DNA from: Ilumatobacteraceae bacterium
GTDB taxonomy: Bacteria; Actinomycetota; Acidimicrobiia; Acidimicrobiales; Ilumatobacteraceae
Assembly (NCBI GenBank): GCA_963820085.1
Contig: CAWFYU010000022.1
Span: 193,984-257,983, forward strand
Direction of reading: 5' to 3'
DNA: 64,000 nt
Notes under the pieces: model-generated
The model's database searches: none
What the model saw: only the letters and a program-made list of their open reading frames with translations
Told to the model about the DNA's origin: nothing
Part shown: positions 29,279-39,058 of the stretch, piece after piece
How the letters are laid out: the number at the start of each line of letters is the position of its first letter
Position numbering within the stretch: the stretch's first letter is position 1
Program-made: the position numbers and the translations under genes

Positions 29279-30209
29279 TCCATCGAGCCGGGTGGCTCTA
29301 CGCAGTGACATTGTTGGTGCTGTTGGCAACGGGCTCCGTCAGTGTTGCATCGCCGCTCCAGCCGACTCCGCCACCGCCAGCCACCGGCAACAACGCCGGC
29401 ACCCCCGCCGCCACCACCCCCACCCGATCGGTTACAAATGGTGCAGGCGGCACGACGTCGGGTGGGCGGGCTGATGTGGTGACGACCGGGGACGGGTTCG
29501 ATGTGACCGTTGGGTCGCCGTCGGGGGTGGTCGATTTCGACGTGCGGAACACCTCGACGGGTCCCGCCGCGCCGAAGTGCACGCAACGCAAGGCGATCGC
29601 AGTCGGCAATGACACCGTCGATCTGATGCGAACCAACCCGCGGACCGGTGAGATCGAGGAAGGCTATTTACGCAAGTGTCCCGGGCAAGCCGGAAGCTGT
29701 GGGTGTGGGTCCCCGTCGCGGTCGATGTCGAAGAATTGATCGACGGGGCAGTGGCGCAGGTGTCACGGCAGCTGCCGGTCCCCGCGTCAGACATCAATCC
29801 TGACCCGGCCGACGGGGCATACGTCAACTTGGGATTGTGGCTGGCCGTCATCGACCCCGGAGTGACCACGGCGCGGGTATCGGTCGGTTCGGTGTGGGCA
29901 CAAGGCCGCGGTGTGCTGGCGGGGTTCAGTGTCGATTTCGGTAACGGTGACGTCGTGGATTGCGACGGGATCGGGGTGCGGATCGAAGACGTGTACCCCG
30001 ACTACGACACCTACGAGGAAGGACCGTGCGGGTACACGTACCGCGCATCATCGCCGGAGGATGACCCGTATCAGGTGACGATCACATCGACCTATGACGT
30101 CACGTACACGACCTCGACGGGCCGATCCGGCACAGCTGGCATCGTCGAGCGTTCGGTCACCGTCGACTACGACATCGACGAACTCCAAACCGTCGGCCGC
30201 AGCAACTGA
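29269..30209 (+). pseudogene. Secreted actinobacterial conserved protein (a family often mislabelled ATP/GTP-binding protein); apparent frame switch near 29680-29697
   Basis: The N-terminal signal peptide MRVIHRAGWLYAVTLLVLLATGSVSVA is in one frame. The conserved C-terminal part (LWVWVPVAVD...PCGYTYRASS...TSTYDVTYTT...ELQTV) is in the frame of ORF 29676..30209. Confidence 0.5.
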
Positions 30210-30358
30210 CGCCGGGCCGGTCAGACCGCAGCTTGCGACCCGCCTCGCCACAGCGTCGATCACCGCACTCATTGCTGACGTCTCGGCGCAAAGCCCACCC
30301 GTGTAGATGACGTCGACAACGCGTGACGGACATCGTGACCCGTGGGTAGTTTGGACCC

Positions 30359-32185
30359 ATGACCGACTATGCGCCGCCGCTCCGCGATCTCCGGTTCGTC
30401 CTCGACGAGGTCTGTGATCTTCCGGGCCTGCTCGCGCAAGACGACTTCGCGCACGTCGAGGCCGACATGGTGTTCGCCGTTCTCGACGAAGTCGGCCGAT
30501 TCGCCGCCGAGGTCATCGCGCCGACCAATGTCGACGGCGATCGGATCGGCGCGCAGTGGGTTGCCGGCACCGAAACCGCCGACGGGTGGGCGGCAGTCAC
30601 GACCCCCGAGTCGTTCAGGTCCGCCTACTCCAAGCTCGTCGACTCGGGGTTCAACGCGATTCCGTTCGAACCCGACTACGGAGGCGGTGGCTTTCCCTGG
30701 GTGGTGGCGCTTGCGGTGCAGGAGATGTTCACGTCGGGCAACATGGCGTTCGCGCTGTGCAACCTGCTGACCCAGGGCGCGATCGACGCACTCCAGCACC
30801 ACGGCTCCGACGAGCAGAAGGCCACGTATCTCCCGAAGATGCTGACCGGCGAGTGGTCGGGCACGATGAATTTGTCCGAACCGCAGGCCGGTTCCGACGT
30901 CGGCGCAGTTGCGACCAAGGCCGTGCCGACCGGACGCGGCGACGGTTCGTATGCGATCACCGGAACCAAGATCTGGATCACCCACGGCGAACAGGACCTC
31001 ACCGAAAACATCGTCCACCTCGTGCTCGCGCGGACGCCCGGAGGCAAGCCGGGCACCGGTGGCATCTCGATGTTCCTGGTGCCCAAGTTCATCCCGAACG
31101 ACGACGGAACCTGCGGCGATCGCAACGACGTCGAAGTCGTGTCGATCGAGCACAAGTTGGGCATTCACGGCTCGCCGACCTGCGTGCTGAGCTTCGGCGA
31201 GCGGCGCAACGCCCATGCCGACGGCGCGATCGGTTGGCTCGTCGGTGACGAGTTCACCGGCATGGCGAACATGTTCACCATGATGAACAACGCCCGCCTC
31301 TCGGTCGGGCTGCAGGGAATTTCGCTCGCCGAGATGGCCTACCAGCACAGCCTGGCGTACGCCCACGAGCGCCTGCAGGGCACGGCGCCGGGTGCCGAGC
31401 GCGGCGTGCAGAGCCCGATCGTCGAGCATCCCGATGTGCGCCGAATGCTGATGACGCAACGTTCGTGGATCGACGCCATGCGGTACCTGATGTACTTCAA
31501 CGGCGTCACGCTCGACAGGTCGCGATCCGCCGACGCCGAAGTGGCGGAATGGTCGACTCGACTCGCCGCGCTCCTCATCCCGATGTCGAAGTCGATCGGC
31601 GCCGACGTCGGCAACGAGCTCACCTCGATCGCCTTGCAGATCTTCGGCGGCATGGGGTACGTCGAAGAGACCGGCGCCGCGCAGTACCTGCGCGACATCC
31701 GCATCGCGGCGATCTACGAAGGAACCAACGGCATCCAGGGCCAAGACCTCGTGATGCGCAAGTTGGGTGGCGACAACGGCAGCACGGTCGAGCAGTTCCT
31801 GGCGAGTTTCGACGACACGATCGCCGCGCTCGCGTCCGATCCGTCGACGAAGCGTTTCGCCGAGCAACTGACGGCCAGCTTCGCCGATGCTCGGCGGACC
31901 GGTGACTGGTTGAATGCGAGTGACAGTGTGGTCGACAAGTTGGGTGGGGCGACCCCGTACACCCGGCTGCTCGGCACGACCCTCTGCGGTGCGTTGTCGG
32001 GCAAGGCAGCACTCGCGGCTCGCGCTCGACTCGACGCCGGTGACCTCAACGCGGCGGAGCAAGCGTTCTACGAGAGCAAGATCGTCAGCGCCCGCTTCTT
32101 CGGCGAACAGATCCTGCCCGCAACCACCGGTCTCGCCGCTGCCGTGATGGCCGGCGCCGACGACCTGTTCGCCATCAACCTCTGA
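30359..32185 (+). CDS. Large acyl-CoA dehydrogenase (FadE-like, about 600 aa with extra C-terminal domain)
   Basis: LSEPQAGSDVGA and IYEGTNGIQGQDLV motifs; 608 aa. Confidence 0.85.
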   Translation: MTDYAPPLRDLRFVLDEVCDLPGLLAQDDFAHVEADMVFAVLDEVGRFAAEVIAPTNVDGDRIGAQWVAGTETADGWAAVTTPESFRSAYSKLVDSGFNAIPFEPDYGGGGFPWVVALAVQEMFTSGNMAFALCNLLTQGAIDALQHHGSDEQKATYLPKMLTGEWSGTMNLSEPQAGSDVGAVATKAVPTGRGDGSYAITGTKIWITHGEQDLTENIVHLVLARTPGGKPGTGGISMFLVPKFIPNDDGTCGDRNDVEVVSIEHKLGIHGSPTCVLSFGERRNAHADGAIGWLVGDEFTGMANMFTMMNNARLSVGLQGISLAEMAYQHSLAYAHERLQGTAPGAERGVQSPIVEHPDVRRMLMTQRSWIDAMRYLMYFNGVTLDRSRSADAEVAEWSTRLAALLIPMSKSIGADVGNELTSIALQIFGGMGYVEETGAAQYLRDIRIAAIYEGTNGIQGQDLVMRKLGGDNGSTVEQFLASFDDTIAALASDPSTKRFAEQLTASFADARRTGDWLNASDSVVDKLGGATPYTRLLGTTLCGALSGKAALAARARLDAGDLNAAEQAFYESKIVSARFFGEQILPATTGLAAAVMAGADDLFAINL

Positions 32186-32193
32186 CACGCCCC

Positions 32194-32224
32194 ATCACGC
32201 CTGGTGTTTTCCACCAGGCGTGAT
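32194..32224. terminator. Perfect 13-bp stem / 5-nt loop hairpin between convergent genes
   Basis: atcacgcctggtg-ttttc-caccaggcgtgat. The right arm ends on the first base of the stop codon of the minus-strand LLM gene (32224-32226). Confidence 0.55.
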
Positions 32225-33087
32225 CAGCGGGAGGTGAGCAGCGGTGCCCAGGATTCGAGCTGACGGAGTACGTCGTCGCGGTCGTCGGACGGCAGCGTCA
32301 GCACGGCGCGGTGGATGCCTTCGGCGAAAAGGTTGGCGAGGCCCTCCGGCTCGGTGGTCGCACCGAAGATGCTCACATCGATCTCGTTGCGATCGCGGCC
32401 AGCTCGTTCGCACGCCGCGTCGAGCAGGTCGAGGCGCGACCGGAACGACGTGCGGGCACTGACGGGCATCCATCCATCGGCCCACGCAGCCACTTCGCCG
32501 AGCAGACGCGGGCCGAACCCGCCGCCGATGTGCATCCGCGGTCCGCCGGGCTGGGCCGGCTTCGGCCACGCCCACGAGGGGGTGAATGCCACGTGGTCGC
32601 CGTCATAGGAGGCAACGTCGTGTCGCCAGACGGCGCGCACCGCTGCTGCCGCTTCACGCGCGTGCGCCCAACGTCCCGGGAAGGCGACCCCGTGATTGGC
32701 CAGCTCTTCGCGATTCCACCCGATACCGACCCCGAGTTCGACGCGGCCGCCCGAGAGCGCATCGAGGGTCGCATATTCCTTCGCCGTCCACAGCGGATCG
32801 CGCGTGGCGAGCAGGAGCACACTGGTGCCGAGACGCAGCCTGGTGGTGACCGCGGCGGCCATCGACAGCGACACCGTCATGTCGATCAATCGGGAATAGT
32901 TGGCCGGGAGCGGCTCGCCGGTGAGCGAACCCGGCCACGGCGTGTCACGGCTGATCGGGATGTGGCTGTGCTCGGGCAGCCACAACGATTCGAAACCGTG
33001 CGCCTCGACCTCGCGGGCGAGTTCGTCGGGGCGGATGCCGTCGATGGTGGGCATCAGCGTGATGCCGATCCGAGCCGTTGCGTCCAC
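32224..33087 (-). CDS. LLM-class (luciferase-like), probably F420-dependent, oxidoreductase
   Basis: ARIGITLMP...FESLWLPEHSHIP is typical of the LLM family. The start is uncertain (about 33087-33100). Confidence 0.8.
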   Translation of the reverse strand: MDATARIGITLMPTIDGIRPDELAREVEAHGFESLWLPEHSHIPISRDTPWPGSLTGEPLPANYSRLIDMTVSLSMAAAVTTRLRLGTSVLLLATRDPLWTAKEYATLDALSGGRVELGVGIGWNREELANHGVAFPGRWAHAREAAAAVRAVWRHDVASYDGDHVAFTPSWAWPKPAQPGGPRMHIGGGFGPRLLGEVAAWADGWMPVSARTSFRSRLDLLDAACERAGRDRNEIDVSIFGATTEPEGLANLFAEGIHRAVLTLPSDDRDDVLRQLESWAPLLTSR

Positions 33088-33202
33088 GTCCGAGACCGTA
33101 ACGTCGAGCGCGCAACTGGGCGCACCCGGGACCATCCGCCAGGGCAGCACCGATCCACACGACCAAACGCACCACGACAGCGACACGAACAGGGGAACGA
33201 CG

Positions 33203-34723
33203 ATGCATCTCGCAGAGATCGGGCGCTATTGGGCGGCCATCCGACCGGACGACGTCGGGTTGCGTTTCGAAGGCCGCGACTTCACGTGGGCCGAGATCGA
33301 TGGGCGCACCGACGAATTGGCAGCGGGATTCGCCGCGCTCGGCGTCGGCGCCGGCGACCGGGTCGGTGTGCTGATGGGCAACCGACCGGAATGGTGTGAG
33401 ACCGCGATGGCGGCGCTCAAGCTCGACGCCATCGTCGTGCCGATGAACGTGCGCTTCACCGCGGGTGAGGTGGCCTTCGTCGCCGACGACGCCGACTGTC
33501 GGTTGATCGTGAGCGAGGCGGCGTTCGATGCGGCATTGGCGCGGCTCGGCGACCGCCGAGTGGTGCTCGCCGACGACCTCGACGCGCACCGTCTCGACGC
33601 GCACCGTGGCGATGGTGCAGCGTCGACGCAGGCGCCCGTCGCGCCCGACGCGACAGACATGGCCGCGTTCATCTGCTACACGTCGGGCACGACCGGCGAC
33701 CCGAAGGGCGCGATCCTCACCCACGGGTCGTGGAATGCGGGTTCGCAGGGTTGGGCCCAGGCGATGGCGCTCGGCCCCGCCGACCGCATCCTCTTGCCGT
33801 TCCCGCTCGCCTTCACGGGCGGCCTCGCCGTCTGGCTGTTCACGTACTGGGCCGGTGGCTGCACGGTGCTCGAGCGGGCCTTCGAACCCGGTCGGGCGCT
33901 CGAGCTGATCGAGACGGAACGCATCACCGGGCTGTTCGCCGTGCCGGTGATCTTCCAGACCATGATCGACCACCCCCGCTGGGCGCAGACCGACATGTCG
34001 TCGTGGCGGGTCGCCTCGTCGGGCGGCGCGGCGGTACCCGAATCATTGATCCGCTCCGTCCAGGCGCGCGGCGTCCCGATGGCGCAGGGGTACAGCCTCA
34101 CCGAAGCGTCGGCGGCCGGCACGGTGCTGCCCCCGCGCGATGCACTCCGCAAGCTCGGCTCCGCGGGGCTGCCCGTCATGCACGGGCGCCTCATGGTCGC
34201 CGACGAGGACGATCAACCGGTTGGCGCCGGTCAGATCGGCGAGATCCTCGTCGGCGGGCCACAGAACATGGCCGGATACTGGAACCGACCCGAGGAATCG
34301 GATGCAGCCCTGCGCAACGGCTGGCTGCACACCGGCGACCTCGGCCGGCTCGACGAGGACGGCTACCTCTACGTGGTCGACCGAGTGAAGGACATGCTGA
34401 TCTCCGGCGGGCTCAACGTGTACCCGGCCGAGATCGAGCGGCTGCTCGCCTCGCTGCCGGGCGTGTCGGAACTCGCGGTGATCGGCGTGCCCGACGCACG
34501 GTGGGGAGAAACTCCCGCGGTGATTGCAGTGGGCGACGCGTCGACGGTCACTCCCGCGGCGGTGCTCGCCGCCTGTGCCGGAGAACTCGCCGACTTCAAG
34601 ATCCCGCGGTACCTGGTCGTGCGCGACGAACCGCTCCCCCGCAACATGTCGGGCAAGCTCCTCAAACGCGAACTCCAGGTCGACTACCGAGACCTGCCGG
34701 CCACCGCCGCACCAATCCGCTGA
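33203..34723 (+). CDS. AMP-dependent acyl-CoA synthetase (fatty-acid-CoA ligase-like)
   Basis: ICYTSGTTGDPKGA, GYSLTE, WLHTGDLG and GKLLKREL motifs. ATG at 33203. Confidence 0.85.
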   Translation: MHLAEIGRYWAAIRPDDVGLRFEGRDFTWAEIDGRTDELAAGFAALGVGAGDRVGVLMGNRPEWCETAMAALKLDAIVVPMNVRFTAGEVAFVADDADCRLIVSEAAFDAALARLGDRRVVLADDLDAHRLDAHRGDGAASTQAPVAPDATDMAAFICYTSGTTGDPKGAILTHGSWNAGSQGWAQAMALGPADRILLPFPLAFTGGLAVWLFTYWAGGCTVLERAFEPGRALELIETERITGLFAVPVIFQTMIDHPRWAQTDMSSWRVASSGGAAVPESLIRSVQARGVPMAQGYSLTEASAAGTVLPPRDALRKLGSAGLPVMHGRLMVADEDDQPVGAGQIGEILVGGPQNMAGYWNRPEESDAALRNGWLHTGDLGRLDEDGYLYVVDRVKDMLISGGLNVYPAEIERLLASLPGVSELAVIGVPDARWGETPAVIAVGDASTVTPAAVLAACAGELADFKIPRYLVVRDEPLPRNMSGKLLKRELQVDYRDLPATAAPIR

Positions 34724-34726
34724 TCC

Positions 34727-34757
34727 ATCACCTCTGGTGTCTGACACCACAGGTGAT
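34727..34757. terminator. Imperfect 15-bp-arm inverted repeat between convergent genes
   Basis: atcacctctggtgtc-t-gacaccacaggtgat, with one mismatch. The arms resemble those of the hairpin at 32194. Confidence 0.4.
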
Positions 34758-34762
34758 CGAAC

Positions 34763-35233
34763 TCACACGTCGAGGAGCAGTGTGACGGGGCCATCGTTGG
34801 TCAGGTCGACTTCCATCTCGGTCCGGAACCTGCCGGTGCCGACCAGCGCGCCGAACGAACGGAGTTGTTCGACCACCCGATCGACGAGCGGCTCGGCGTG
34901 TTCGGGTCGGGCCGCGCCGATCCAGCTCGGGCGCCGGCCCTTGCTCGCATCGCCGTACAGGGTGAACTGGCTGACGACGAGAACCGCACCGGACCCGCCG
35001 GCGTCGTGCACGTCAGAGAGCGAGCGGTTCATGACGCCGGCCGCGTCATCGAGGATGCGCAGGCCCCAGATCTTCGCGGCCAGTTTGTCGGCATGCGCCA
35101 TCGTGTCGTCGTGAGTGACACCGACGAAGACGCAGAGCCCGGCACCGATCGACCCGGCCACACTCCACGGCCCGTCGCTCGTCGGGCGACTGCGCACCTC
35201 GGCGCGAGCAACCCGCTGAACCAGTCCACGCAT
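34763..35233 (-). CDS. dtd: D-aminoacyl-tRNA deacylase
   Basis: MRGLVQRV... and the SQFTLYGD signature. The ATG at 35233 was checked. Confidence 0.9.
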   Translation of the reverse strand: MRGLVQRVARAEVRSRPTSDGPWSVAGSIGAGLCVFVGVTHDDTMAHADKLAAKIWGLRILDDAAGVMNRSLSDVHDAGGSGAVLVVSQFTLYGDASKGRRPSWIGAARPEHAEPLVDRVVEQLRSFGALVGTGRFRTEMEVDLTNDGPVTLLLDV

Positions 35234-35266
35234 TGCGCCAGCCTGCCAGGTTCTAGATTCGCGGGC

Positions 35267-36182
35267 ATGACTTCGATCGTGCGCCTGACCGCACCCGAGC
35301 CACCCGACGGGCATGGGCCGGTGGTCGTCGTCGAGGTCGACCTTGCCCACGGCGGCCGCCTCCGCCAGATCACGATCGGCGACGTTGCGCTGCTCGTCGA
35401 TCCACCCGCCGCGCAGGACGACGCAGAACGCCGGCCAGCATCACGAAGCGGTGGCGTGGGGGTCGTATCCGATGGCGCCGTGGGCGGGGCGGGTGCGGGG
35501 CGGGTCGTTCCGCTACTTCGACACCGATCATCAGCTCCGGCTGAACCAAGACGACAGCGGCAACTCCGAACCCGGACGCCAGCACGCGATGCACGGCACG
35601 GTGCTCGACGCCGCGTGGTCAGTCGACGAGCAGACCGGTTCGACGCTGAAGCTCAGTTGCCCCCTCGAACAACCCGGTTCAGGCTGGACCTTCGGAGGCA
35701 CGGCACATCAGTGCATCGAGGTGCTCGACCATCAACTTCGATGCGACCTGAGTGTCACCGTCGACCATGACCACGGCGCCCAGCGCGACGGACCACACGC
35801 TGAACGCCCCAGCTCGCCGTCGTTCCCGGCCGAGATCGGGTGGCACCCGTGGTGGCGCAAACCGACCGCGCTCAGCTTCCACCCCGATGCGATGTACGAG
35901 CGCGACGCGACCGGTTTACCGACCGGTCGCCTGGTCGCTCCGGCGCCGGGCCCGTGGGACGACTGTTTCGTCAACACCGCTCCGATCACCCTGCACTACG
36001 ACCGTCCCGCCGTCCGCGAGGTGACGCTCAGCTCGGACTGCGACCACTGGGTCGTCTACGACGAGCCCAGCCACGCCACGTGCGTCGAGCCGCAGTCGGG
36101 TCCGCCCGACGCATTCAACATCCGACCCCAAATCGTCACGGCCACCCATCCCCTGCGCCGCACCATGATCGTCGGCTGGTGA
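35267..36182 (+). pseudogene. Aldose 1-epimerase-family protein with an apparent 1-nt frame change near 35415-35440
   Basis: The N-terminus MTSIVRLTAPEPPDGHGPVVVVEVDLAHGGRLRQITIGDVALLVDPP is in the frame of ORF 34865. The remainder (WGSYPMAPWAGRVRGGSF...HWVVYDEP...VEPQSGPPDAFN) is in ORF 35313..36182. Confidence 0.6.
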
Positions 36183-36211
36183 CCCGAACGCAGCGTTGAC
36201 TGCTGCTGCGG

Positions 36212-37663
36212 TCACGAGTCCCAGATCGGGCCGAAGGCCGGAATCCCGCGCCGCTCCAGATCGCTGACGAGCGCGAACGTGGTGGGCTTGTTGCTGACGA
36301 CGAATACCGCTTCGGCATCGAAGGCGTCGACGGCATCGAGTGCGAGTTCGGTCAGGTTCGGCGTTCCTTGCGTCGTCGTGTCCCAGATCAATGCATCGGG
36401 CTGCGCTGCGACGATCTCGTCCACGAGCGCGTTGCCGTAGGTGCGTCGCGGATCGCGAGTCGACCACACCAGTCGCGCCGGCACACGATTCGCGAGGATC
36501 TGCCCCAGGCATGGACCGATCCCGCTGCCCGTGACGACGTAGACCACACGCTCGTACAGCATGGCGACCTGGGCCATCGGCGCCGAGACCGGCATCCCGC
36601 GGGTCCAGACGTGCGACGGCGGATGATCGATGAAGCGACTGGTCCAGTCGCCGGCGCGCGAGACGAACAGCCGGTAGCCGCTCTGGCCCGGCGTGGTGAC
36701 CGTGGCGAAGGGATGCCACTCCGCCAGCGGGCTCAGGCTGATGCCCACCGCAGACGTGTGGGTTGGCCGCACTCCGTAGTCCAGGTGAACAATGGCGACG
36801 TGGCGGGACGGGCACTCGACGGTGACCGGAACACGCCGCAGCCGCAACCAGGGCGACGCGACGCTCGCAGTGAGGACCATCAACACCCACACATGCCAGT
36901 CCGACGCAACCGCCTCAATTGCCGTTTCGTCGCTGCGGCCGGTCAGCGCCAGATCGATCGTCAGGATCCAGAACAGTGCGATTGCGGTCCACCCGCCCCA
37001 TCGGTGCGTCTGCTCGAACACGTTGTGCGCCCGAGCGCGCACCGGAGAACTCGCGCCGACGCTCACGACGAGCAGCAGGGCCACGAGGAGCACACAGAGC
37101 ACGAACGTCGTGAGCGAAACGCTGTCGGGATAGCGGTGGCGCGACACGATCACCGCGCCCGTGAACACACCCAGCCACACCGTTCCAGCGAGTGCACATC
37201 CGGCGTGCAGTCCACCGACGTGGTGCACCTTCGACACGCTCCACCGCACCCAGAGTGGCCACGATCGAGATCCCCGACCTGCCAAGCGATACAGGATGTC
37301 GAGCGCCCTCTGCTGGCGCACCAGCACCGCCGCGGTGAGGTTGACGAGCGTCAGCGTGGACAACGCCGACAGTGCGCTGCCGTCGACAAGCTGCCAGTCG
37401 CCTCGCCGCAGGTGATGGATCAGCAACGCCAGGTTGACCAGCAGCGCGCCGCACATGAGCCGGTGATACGGCATCGAGCGCGACCGCTTGTCGACGGTCC
37501 GCGTGCCCTCGGCGGTCGATCGCACCCGAAGCGTGTCAGTGTCGTCGAGCGTCTCCACGGTCACCTCTACGTTCACCGGCCCGATTCGGTTCGTCGCCGT
37601 CCGACTCGGGTCGGACCATGGGCGCACGAGTTCGCCGCGTTGCTCGCTAGACCGGGGCGTCAC
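36212..37663 (-). CDS. NOX/ferric-reductase-like membrane flavocytochrome (about 6 TM helices with conserved His, plus an FNR-like FAD/NAD(P)H module)
   Basis: TM helices carrying His (VHHVGGLHAG, EQTHRWGG), an HPFA FAD-motif context (LAEWHPFATV) and a VTGSGIGP nucleotide-binding loop. The GTG start lies 21 nt after the upstream stop. Confidence 0.55.
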   Translation of the reverse strand: MTPRSSEQRGELVRPWSDPSRTATNRIGPVNVEVTVETLDDTDTLRVRSTAEGTRTVDKRSRSMPYHRLMCGALLVNLALLIHHLRRGDWQLVDGSALSALSTLTLVNLTAAVLVRQQRALDILYRLAGRGSRSWPLWVRWSVSKVHHVGGLHAGCALAGTVWLGVFTGAVIVSRHRYPDSVSLTTFVLCVLLVALLLVVSVGASSPVRARAHNVFEQTHRWGGWTAIALFWILTIDLALTGRSDETAIEAVASDWHVWVLMVLTASVASPWLRLRRVPVTVECPSRHVAIVHLDYGVRPTHTSAVGISLSPLAEWHPFATVTTPGQSGYRLFVSRAGDWTSRFIDHPPSHVWTRGMPVSAPMAQVAMLYERVVYVVTGSGIGPCLGQILANRVPARLVWSTRDPRRTYGNALVDEIVAAQPDALIWDTTTQGTPNLTELALDAVDAFDAEAVFVVSNKPTTFALVSDLERRGIPAFGPIWDS

Positions 37664-37684
37664 GGTCGACGACGCGCGCGAAGA

Positions 37685-39058
37685 TCAGGGCTTGACCGAC
37701 GGCACCGTGTCTTGTGGCCCGGCAGGGAGGCGCAGCTTCCATGACTCGACGACACGCCGTCCGTCGAGAACGCCCCATCGCTGCTGTGGTCCTGGTCCGG
37801 CCTCAGGCATTGCCTTTCCGTACACGATCGGGTTGTGCCCGGAGTAGTAGCCGTCGTCTTTGTCGAATGCCATGCGGCCGGCGTTGATTCTCGTGTCGGT
37901 CTGGTTGGGACGATTCGACGGCTCGCTCGTCACCGGCCTGTACGTGGGCGCCGGGACGAAGTCGATGCCGGGCATCGTCATGCGCCGGATGGTTTGGCCG
38001 ACGGTCGGGTGGAACCTCGTCTCGGTGCGGTACACGATGTCGTCTCGATTGTTGAGGCTCACGACGTTCGTGGCGGCTGGAATGCCTTTGAATTTCCAGC
38101 CGATGTCGGCGCCGAATCCCATCACATCGGTGATCCGAGCGTTGTAGCCGACGCTGTTGCCGCCCATGCTGTTGTACGCCGGATCGGCGGCAAGATCCGC
38201 AGCGGTCATGCTGCCGAAACTGTGGCCGAGCGCGATCGTTCGGGTGTTGCTCGGCATGCCGCTGCGCAGCGTCGCCATCTTCACCTGCTGGGCATACGGG
38301 TTGAACCCTCCGAACACCGCGGTGTCTTGGGCATTGAACACCTGGCGAACCGTGTCCGTCGGCCCGGCCTGGAAATAGTTCCAAGGACTCGAGATGTTGC
38401 TCTGCAGGTCGGTCACACCCCCGAGCACCTGCACCACGCTGCCGTCGTCCAGTTTCAGCACGAGCATTTCGTCGAAACCGATCCGGTATTCGTCGTTCGT
38501 CGCGAGCAATGAGTCGAGCACGATGTCTTGACCCGTCAGGCCGTTGTCGATGCGCGACCAGTTGAGCCGCTGACCCACCGGGATGAACGATCGATGCGTG
38601 TATGTCTGAATGTGACCGGCCAGCTCGACGAGTTGGGCTTCGCATGCCTGCGTGGACTTCACGACCCACACCACGGCACGTCGCTGCGCATCCACGGCGC
38701 TGAGGCGATGAGGTTCGGGGCGGTACCAGTCTTCGATCGCGCCTCGTTCGTCGTCCACGGCCCGCGTGTGCATCTGCCTGGCCTGGTCGATCAGGTCGGC
38801 GAGTCGATCAAGCACCACCGCAGCCTCGCGGATGCGATCGCGAGCCAACTCGAAGGTGCCACCGCGGTTGTTCATGTGGTGGGCAAACGTGACGGCAGCA
38901 TCACCGTGCCACGTCTGGGCAGCGGTCTGGGCAATCCCGTCGACCGAGTCGTCGATCGAGTCGAAGAGGTCGCCAATGACGGTCAGCGTCTGGGCAAAGG
39001 CGCGGACGGAGCCCGAGTCGATCGCGGCGGGAAAGGGGATCGAGCCCTCACCGCTCAC
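37685..39058 (-). CDS. Alpha/beta hydrolase (GHSFG nucleophile elbow) with N-terminal WXG100/LXG-like helical domain; candidate secreted esterase/lipase
   Basis: The N-terminal about 120 aa are helical with a W-x-G motif (AAQTWHGDAAVTF). The C-terminal part carries TIALGHSFGSMTAADLA. The GTG start overlaps the upstream stop (GTGA, checked at 39055-39058). The 132 codons further upstream in ORF 37685..39454 are Arg-rich junk. Confidence 0.6.
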   Translation of the reverse strand: MSGEGSIPFPAAIDSGSVRAFAQTLTVIGDLFDSIDDSVDGIAQTAAQTWHGDAAVTFAHHMNNRGGTFELARDRIREAAVVLDRLADLIDQARQMHTRAVDDERGAIEDWYRPEPHRLSAVDAQRRAVVWVVKSTQACEAQLVELAGHIQTYTHRSFIPVGQRLNWSRIDNGLTGQDIVLDSLLATNDEYRIGFDEMLVLKLDDGSVVQVLGGVTDLQSNISSPWNYFQAGPTDTVRQVFNAQDTAVFGGFNPYAQQVKMATLRSGMPSNTRTIALGHSFGSMTAADLAADPAYNSMGGNSVGYNARITDVMGFGADIGWKFKGIPAATNVVSLNNRDDIVYRTETRFHPTVGQTIRRMTMPGIDFVPAPTYRPVTSEPSNRPNQTDTRINAGRMAFDKDDGYYSGHNPIVYGKAMPEAGPGPQQRWGVLDGRRVVESWKLRLPAGPQDTVPSVKP

